From the NCBI RefSeq assembly GCF_030013205.1, contig NZ_CP122648.1: a stretch of 64,000 nucleotides of DNA; one strand, given 5' to 3'. A model generated the notes under the pieces. That model saw only the letters and a list, made by a program, of their open reading frames with translations, made no database searches and was not told the origin of the DNA. The position numbers and the translations under genes are program-made. Below, piece by piece: positions 60,547 to 64,000 of this stretch; the first letter of the stretch is position 1; each line of letters opens with the position of its first letter. This DNA comes from Escherichia coli. GTDB lineage: Bacteria > Pseudomonadota > Gammaproteobacteria > Enterobacterales > Enterobacteriaceae.

Positions 60547-61098
60547 ATGTTGCATTTAAAAAATATTACTGCAGGCCATCCGAAAACCGCAGAACAATAT
60601 CAGATGACAAAACAACATGGTATCACCTGGCTTTTTTCGGAAGATGACAAAAACTGGTATGAAGAGCTGAAAAATTTTGCCAGTGACACCATAAAAATGG
60701 TTTACACCGGAGACGGGCGCGTGGTGTGGGTCGGTAAGGATGTGACAGGCATTGAACCCCGTAACGCCAGTGTTATTGAAGTTCCTGATATTACCGCTAA
60801 CCGCCGTATTACCGTGCCTGGTTACTGGTTTTACCGCGACGATAAATTTGTCTTCGACTACAAACTTAAAGCGGAAGATGAGCGTGATGCCCTGTTACAA
60901 CAGGCCAGCATCATGACCAGCGAATGGGAAAAAGACCTGCTGCTGGGATTAATCAGTGACGAAGACAGGGAAAAACTGAAAGCATGCCGTATTTATGCAA
61001 AAGCACTACAGCAGATGACTTTCAGCCAGGTTACAGATAAAGCATCGTATGCCGCGATTGTATGGCCAGAATTACCGCAGAACATTAGCGAGAATTAA
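60547..61098 (+). CDS. Tail fibre assembly chaperone 1 (Tfa/gpG-like)
   Basis: 183 aa. The C-terminal ...SEWEKDLLLGLISDEDREKLKACRIYAKALQQM...IVWPELP pattern is typical of Tfa proteins. Confidence 0.8.
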   Translation: MLHLKNITAGHPKTAEQYQMTKQHGITWLFSEDDKNWYEELKNFASDTIKMVYTGDGRVVWVGKDVTGIEPRNASVIEVPDITANRRITVPGYWFYRDDKFVFDYKLKAEDERDALLQQASIMTSEWEKDLLLGLISDEDREKLKACRIYAKALQQMTFSQVTDKASYAAIVWPELPQNISEN

Positions 61099-61104
61099 GA
61101 AGTA

Positions 61105-62397
61105 ATGAGCGCACTGTTGACGAAAGCATTTGAAAAGTGGGTTGCTGAATGCGCAGCCAGTAATTTACCTGCACGCCCTGACGCTATTATTTTTGCTCTG
61201 ATGGAGCGGGAACCAACGCGCGAAGATAATACCGTTCCGGAAGAAAAAATCACATATGCTGTGAATGAACTGACCTATGGCCAGTTAAACCCGAACAATA
61301 TTGTGTGTAGCGCGGTTGTTCCTGATGACTGTGCATTCAGCTATGACTGGATTTGCCTCATCCATCAGGCCAGTGGAACACTATGCGGCGTAATAAAAAC
61401 GTCTGTTCAACAAAAAGTAACAGGCGAGTCACTTATTCGTAATTTCACGATTATATACAGCGGCATTGCTCAGGCTGCGCAAATTACCGTTCCTCCACAG
61501 AGCTGGCAGGTGGATATTACCCCCGAGCTGAAATCAATGCTGAAAGCTCCTAACCGACTGTCAGAAATTGCAGCAGAGGGGGAAGAGGCGCAACAGGAAT
61601 CCCGAGACAATCTGGGGTTGAAAGGTGCTGCTTTGCTTGATGTTCAGAGCGATATCTACGACCGCACCGCAGGCCGTCTGGCGTTACCCGGTGCATTCGG
61701 ATACGGGCATTTATTCTCTTCGTCGGAAGTCGTGTATTTCAGCGCGCAAAATGGCCCCGCCGAATTTCTTAAATGGGTATTTGAGGTCACACCAGGGCGT
61801 TATGCGGTAACGCAGTACGGTGGTTCTGGTAATTGGTATAACCCCATCATTGCTTATGATGGGGGGAATGTATATTTCAGGGGGCTTGTAGATATAGAAA
61901 TACGAAGTGGAATGGCCACTAATGGCACCGAAAGCAATGGTCGGTGGGTAACCTTTCATGGCGATGCCGAATACACTGGCCAGTATGGTGAGGGGCCGGC
62001 TAAGTATCAGGTATTGGTTACAAAATCAATGTCTTCGGCGACACTTCCCGGGGCATGGTCGCGGCTATTCTGGTCACGCGACCGACTGAGACAACTGTTA
62101 TGTGCAGGAGATACTACATCACAGCGTGCTCCGCAACCGGGTAGCCTGGTTCTTGCCGCATACCTGCCAGATAGCGGCAGCAGTGATGTTGCGTTACTTC
62201 GTGTACAAGCTGTGCCGGGCTCAAGGCTCCGGCAGGTGGTCTTCGAAGCGGAGTACCGCAGCTCGGGATTTAGTGCCGCTGCCAGGTCGTTTGTCTATGG
62301 GAGTACCCTGCCTGGCACATACTTCGCTTTATCAGGAGGCCCGGATGTCACGTTTTATAATCGGGGACTGGTTTCTTTGTTTGTGAGGGCTACATGA
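61105..62397 (+). CDS. Tail fibre protein 2 (same N-terminal anchor domain, unrelated distal part)
   Basis: 430 aa. Its N-terminal ~150 aa align with fibre 1 (PARPDAIIFAL…YDWICLIHQASGTLCGVIK…QQK…LIRNFTI…WQVDIT). The C-terminal part is different. Confidence 0.8.
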   Translation: MSALLTKAFEKWVAECAASNLPARPDAIIFALMEREPTREDNTVPEEKITYAVNELTYGQLNPNNIVCSAVVPDDCAFSYDWICLIHQASGTLCGVIKTSVQQKVTGESLIRNFTIIYSGIAQAAQITVPPQSWQVDITPELKSMLKAPNRLSEIAAEGEEAQQESRDNLGLKGAALLDVQSDIYDRTAGRLALPGAFGYGHLFSSSEVVYFSAQNGPAEFLKWVFEVTPGRYAVTQYGGSGNWYNPIIAYDGGNVYFRGLVDIEIRSGMATNGTESNGRWVTFHGDAEYTGQYGEGPAKYQVLVTKSMSSATLPGAWSRLFWSRDRLRQLLCAGDTTSQRAPQPGSLVLAAYLPDSGSSDVALLRVQAVPGSRLRQVVFEAEYRSSGFSAAARSFVYGSTLPGTYFALSGGPDVTFYNRGLVSLFVRAT

Positions 62398-62969
62398 TGC
62401 AGATTAAAGATATTAAAAACCCTCGTTACCTGGAATCTGGCGCGATTGACTGCGAGGTGCTTTTGGAAGGGATGGATGAAGCCGTTCCCTACACAGCCAC
62501 GCCAGAAGACACAGCAACAACAGGCCAGAAAATTTGGCAGGAGCTGCAAAGCGGCAAATGGGGCGAAATCGCCCCGTTCACCGTCACGCCGGAACTTATC
62601 GCTGCGGCAAAAGATGCCAAAAAGCGGGAAATCGAGGCGTGGCGTACAGAACAGGAAGCACTGCCGTTCACGTTCGAATGGAACGGTCGCACCTGGAACG
62701 CTGGCCCCGACTCAATGGCCCGTCTTTATCCGGTAGTAATGGCGGCGAAATCTGACACGGCGCGGGACGTTATGGCGTGGGGTGACGTCGATAATCAACA
62801 GGTGAGACTGTCAATGCCGGAACTGGAAGAACTGGCGACAGCAATGGCGCAGGCACAGGTCGATCGCAATGACGAGATTTATCGCCGTCAGCGACAGATG
62901 AAGGACGTGCTGGATAGCCTTAATAATCTTGCCGACATCCGCGCTTTTCAGGCTGGAGAGTCAGAATGA
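62394..62969 (+). CDS. Tail fibre assembly/chaperone-like protein 2
   Basis: 191 aa. It overlaps the fibre 2 stop. ...ALPFTFEWNGRTWNAGPDSMARL...ELEELATAMAQAQVDRNDEIYRRQRQ... resembles the second class of fibre chaperones. Confidence 0.65.
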   Translation: MMQIKDIKNPRYLESGAIDCEVLLEGMDEAVPYTATPEDTATTGQKIWQELQSGKWGEIAPFTVTPELIAAAKDAKKREIEAWRTEQEALPFTFEWNGRTWNAGPDSMARLYPVVMAAKSDTARDVMAWGDVDNQQVRLSMPELEELATAMAQAQVDRNDEIYRRQRQMKDVLDSLNNLADIRAFQAGESE

Positions 62970-63679
62970 AATGGGAAAAGGCAATTCTGCGCCCGTCAGC
63001 CATGAACATTAAATGCTCTGTGGTTTGCCTTCATCCATGGTCAGAAAATACCGGAAACATCAAACCATCGGGGCGTTATCTCAGCCCCGAAAATGCTGTA
63101 TCTGCACTTTTACCCTATCTGAAAGAAAGCACAGAAAAAGACATTGTGGCGCTGTTGTTTTGCGCTCCTTCTGCTGGCGAGTTTTTATCACTCACCAGAC
63201 AATTTTCATGTGCATTTCCGTTGCCAGAGGTGGGACGAATGTCCCGCATGATATCCAGTCAGCTTTCGCTGGCCATCAGCAAAATGCAAATCCCCGCCAG
63301 ACCGGTAACAGCACTTCCGGAACCAATAACGCTGTCGACACAGACCACTCGCAGCATGTCACTGGCGGCAACCATTGCGCAGGCAGCCACTCCTGCCGCC
63401 ATATCACCGGAAACACTGTCATCATCACTGCGCCAGTTCATGAATGCGAGAGATAAAGCACTACAGGAAATCGCCGATCAGCAGGCCGCGCTCCGGCAGA
63501 AATTTTGCCCGGTGTGGCGTTTTTGCTGCAAAGGAGCCCTGAGCCAGGCCGCCGCGCTGATACAAAAAAACATTCCACACCCGGAGTGGGTTTTTACAGC
63601 TGTGATGCTGTTCGTCGGCGATGATCTCTCATCACTAAGGGAAGCACTACATGACCCAGATGATTGTCCTTGCGCTTGA
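62966..63679 (+). CDS. Hypothetical protein (237 aa)
   Basis: The ORF overlaps both neighbours. It is Ser/Ala-rich in the middle and has several Cys at the C-terminus. No family recognised. Confidence 0.5.
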   Translation: MKWEKAILRPSAMNIKCSVVCLHPWSENTGNIKPSGRYLSPENAVSALLPYLKESTEKDIVALLFCAPSAGEFLSLTRQFSCAFPLPEVGRMSRMISSQLSLAISKMQIPARPVTALPEPITLSTQTTRSMSLAATIAQAATPAAISPETLSSSLRQFMNARDKALQEIADQQAALRQKFCPVWRFCCKGALSQAAALIQKNIPHPEWVFTAVMLFVGDDLSSLREALHDPDDCPCA

Positions 63680-64000
63680 CGGGGAAGCCATTCTGCTGCG
63701 CAACATCACCGTCAGCGCCACCATGCAACTACCGGACAAAGATATGTCCGGACAGTCAACCAGCACCACGAGCGCCCAGCAGGGAAACAAGGCTAAAGAG
63801 CTGCGCGTTTCGGGGGTTATTGATTTTAACGATGAAGCCATTCTGACCCGTATTTTTCAGCTTGCGGAAGCAACAGAAAGCAACGGCGCTAAAAAAACAT
63901 ATCGCATTGCTAACGCTACCGCGAAGGCAATCAATATGCGACAGGGGATATTTTCTGGTGGCATTGATGCCACGGAACAACAGGGAAAAATGCACTGGCA
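63651..64000 (+). CDS. Hypothetical phage protein, partial (runs off right edge)
   Basis: The ATG at 63651 (MTQMIVLALDGEAILLRNITVSATMQLPDKDMSGQS...) opens a frame that stays open to the end of the window. It is absent from the ORF track because it has no stop. Confidence 0.5.
   Translation, partial: MTQMIVLALDGEAILLRNITVSATMQLPDKDMSGQSTSTTSAQQGNKAKELRVSGVIDFNDEAILTRIFQLAEATESNGAKKTYRIANATAKAINMRQGIFSGGIDATEQQGKMHW

Larger units (their letters stand above)
33960..64000. mobile_element. Integrated P2/HP1-like myovirus prophage (left end; continues beyond right edge)
   Basis: It begins with a tyrosine integrase at the junction with the core pheL promoter region. P2 C/Cox-like switch genes, a gpA replication initiator, ogr, the Q/P (minus) and O/N/M/L (plus) head cluster, and tail, lysis and fibre genes follow. 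The exact att boundary is not determinable. The repeat taaaacccact occurs at 33960-33970 and 34036-34046. Confidence 0.9.

Overview
The window is a 64-kb Escherichia/Shigella-type chromosomal segment, in reverse orientation relative to the K-12 map as I remember it. It has three blocks.

(1) 1-15.5 kb is an accessory island integrated at ssrA. It contains a P4-type tyrosine integrase, then an AT-rich operon of a large serine recombinase plus two ParB-fold proteins. Next come about 1.1 kb of structured non-coding DNA, an IS2-like remnant, and a type I R-M operon (hsdM-hsdS-hsdR) whose hsdR is frameshifted in a homopolymer. The block ends with two directly oriented IS1 copies bracketing an ankyrin-repeat gene, and a truncated ORF at the left edge.

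(2) 15.5-33.96 kb is conserved core genome: ssrA, smpB, ratA/ratB, bamE, recN, nadK, grpE, yfjD, ypjD, ffh, rpsP-rimM-trmD-rplS, yfiB, dgcN (internal amber codon), yfiR, yfiL, aroF-tyrA and pheA-pheL. Recognisable LexA, sigma-32, TyrR and attenuator signals are present.

(3) 33.96-64 kb is the left part of an integrated P2/HP1-like myovirus prophage, inserted just upstream of the pheL promoter. It carries int, C, cox, small early genes, a long gpA-type HUH replication initiator, ogr, the P2-type head cluster Q/P/O/N/M/L, R/S-like genes, sheath and tube, lysis genes, a frameshifting chaperone, tape measure, baseplate, and two tail-fibre/chaperone cassettes. It also carries a complete R1-type ParM/ParR partition cassette and an Rrf2-family regulator in the accessory slot between gpA and ogr.

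The best candidates for something uncharacterised are:
- the orphan serine-recombinase + ParB + ParB operon, with its flanking dyad site and palindromes;
- the ParMR cassette with paired about 40-bp repeats inside an integrated prophage;
- a roughly 320-bp highly structured non-coding insert in the prophage early operon.

No CRISPR array, rRNA or tRNA gene was seen. All family assignments come from reading the translated sequence and from memory, not from database searches.
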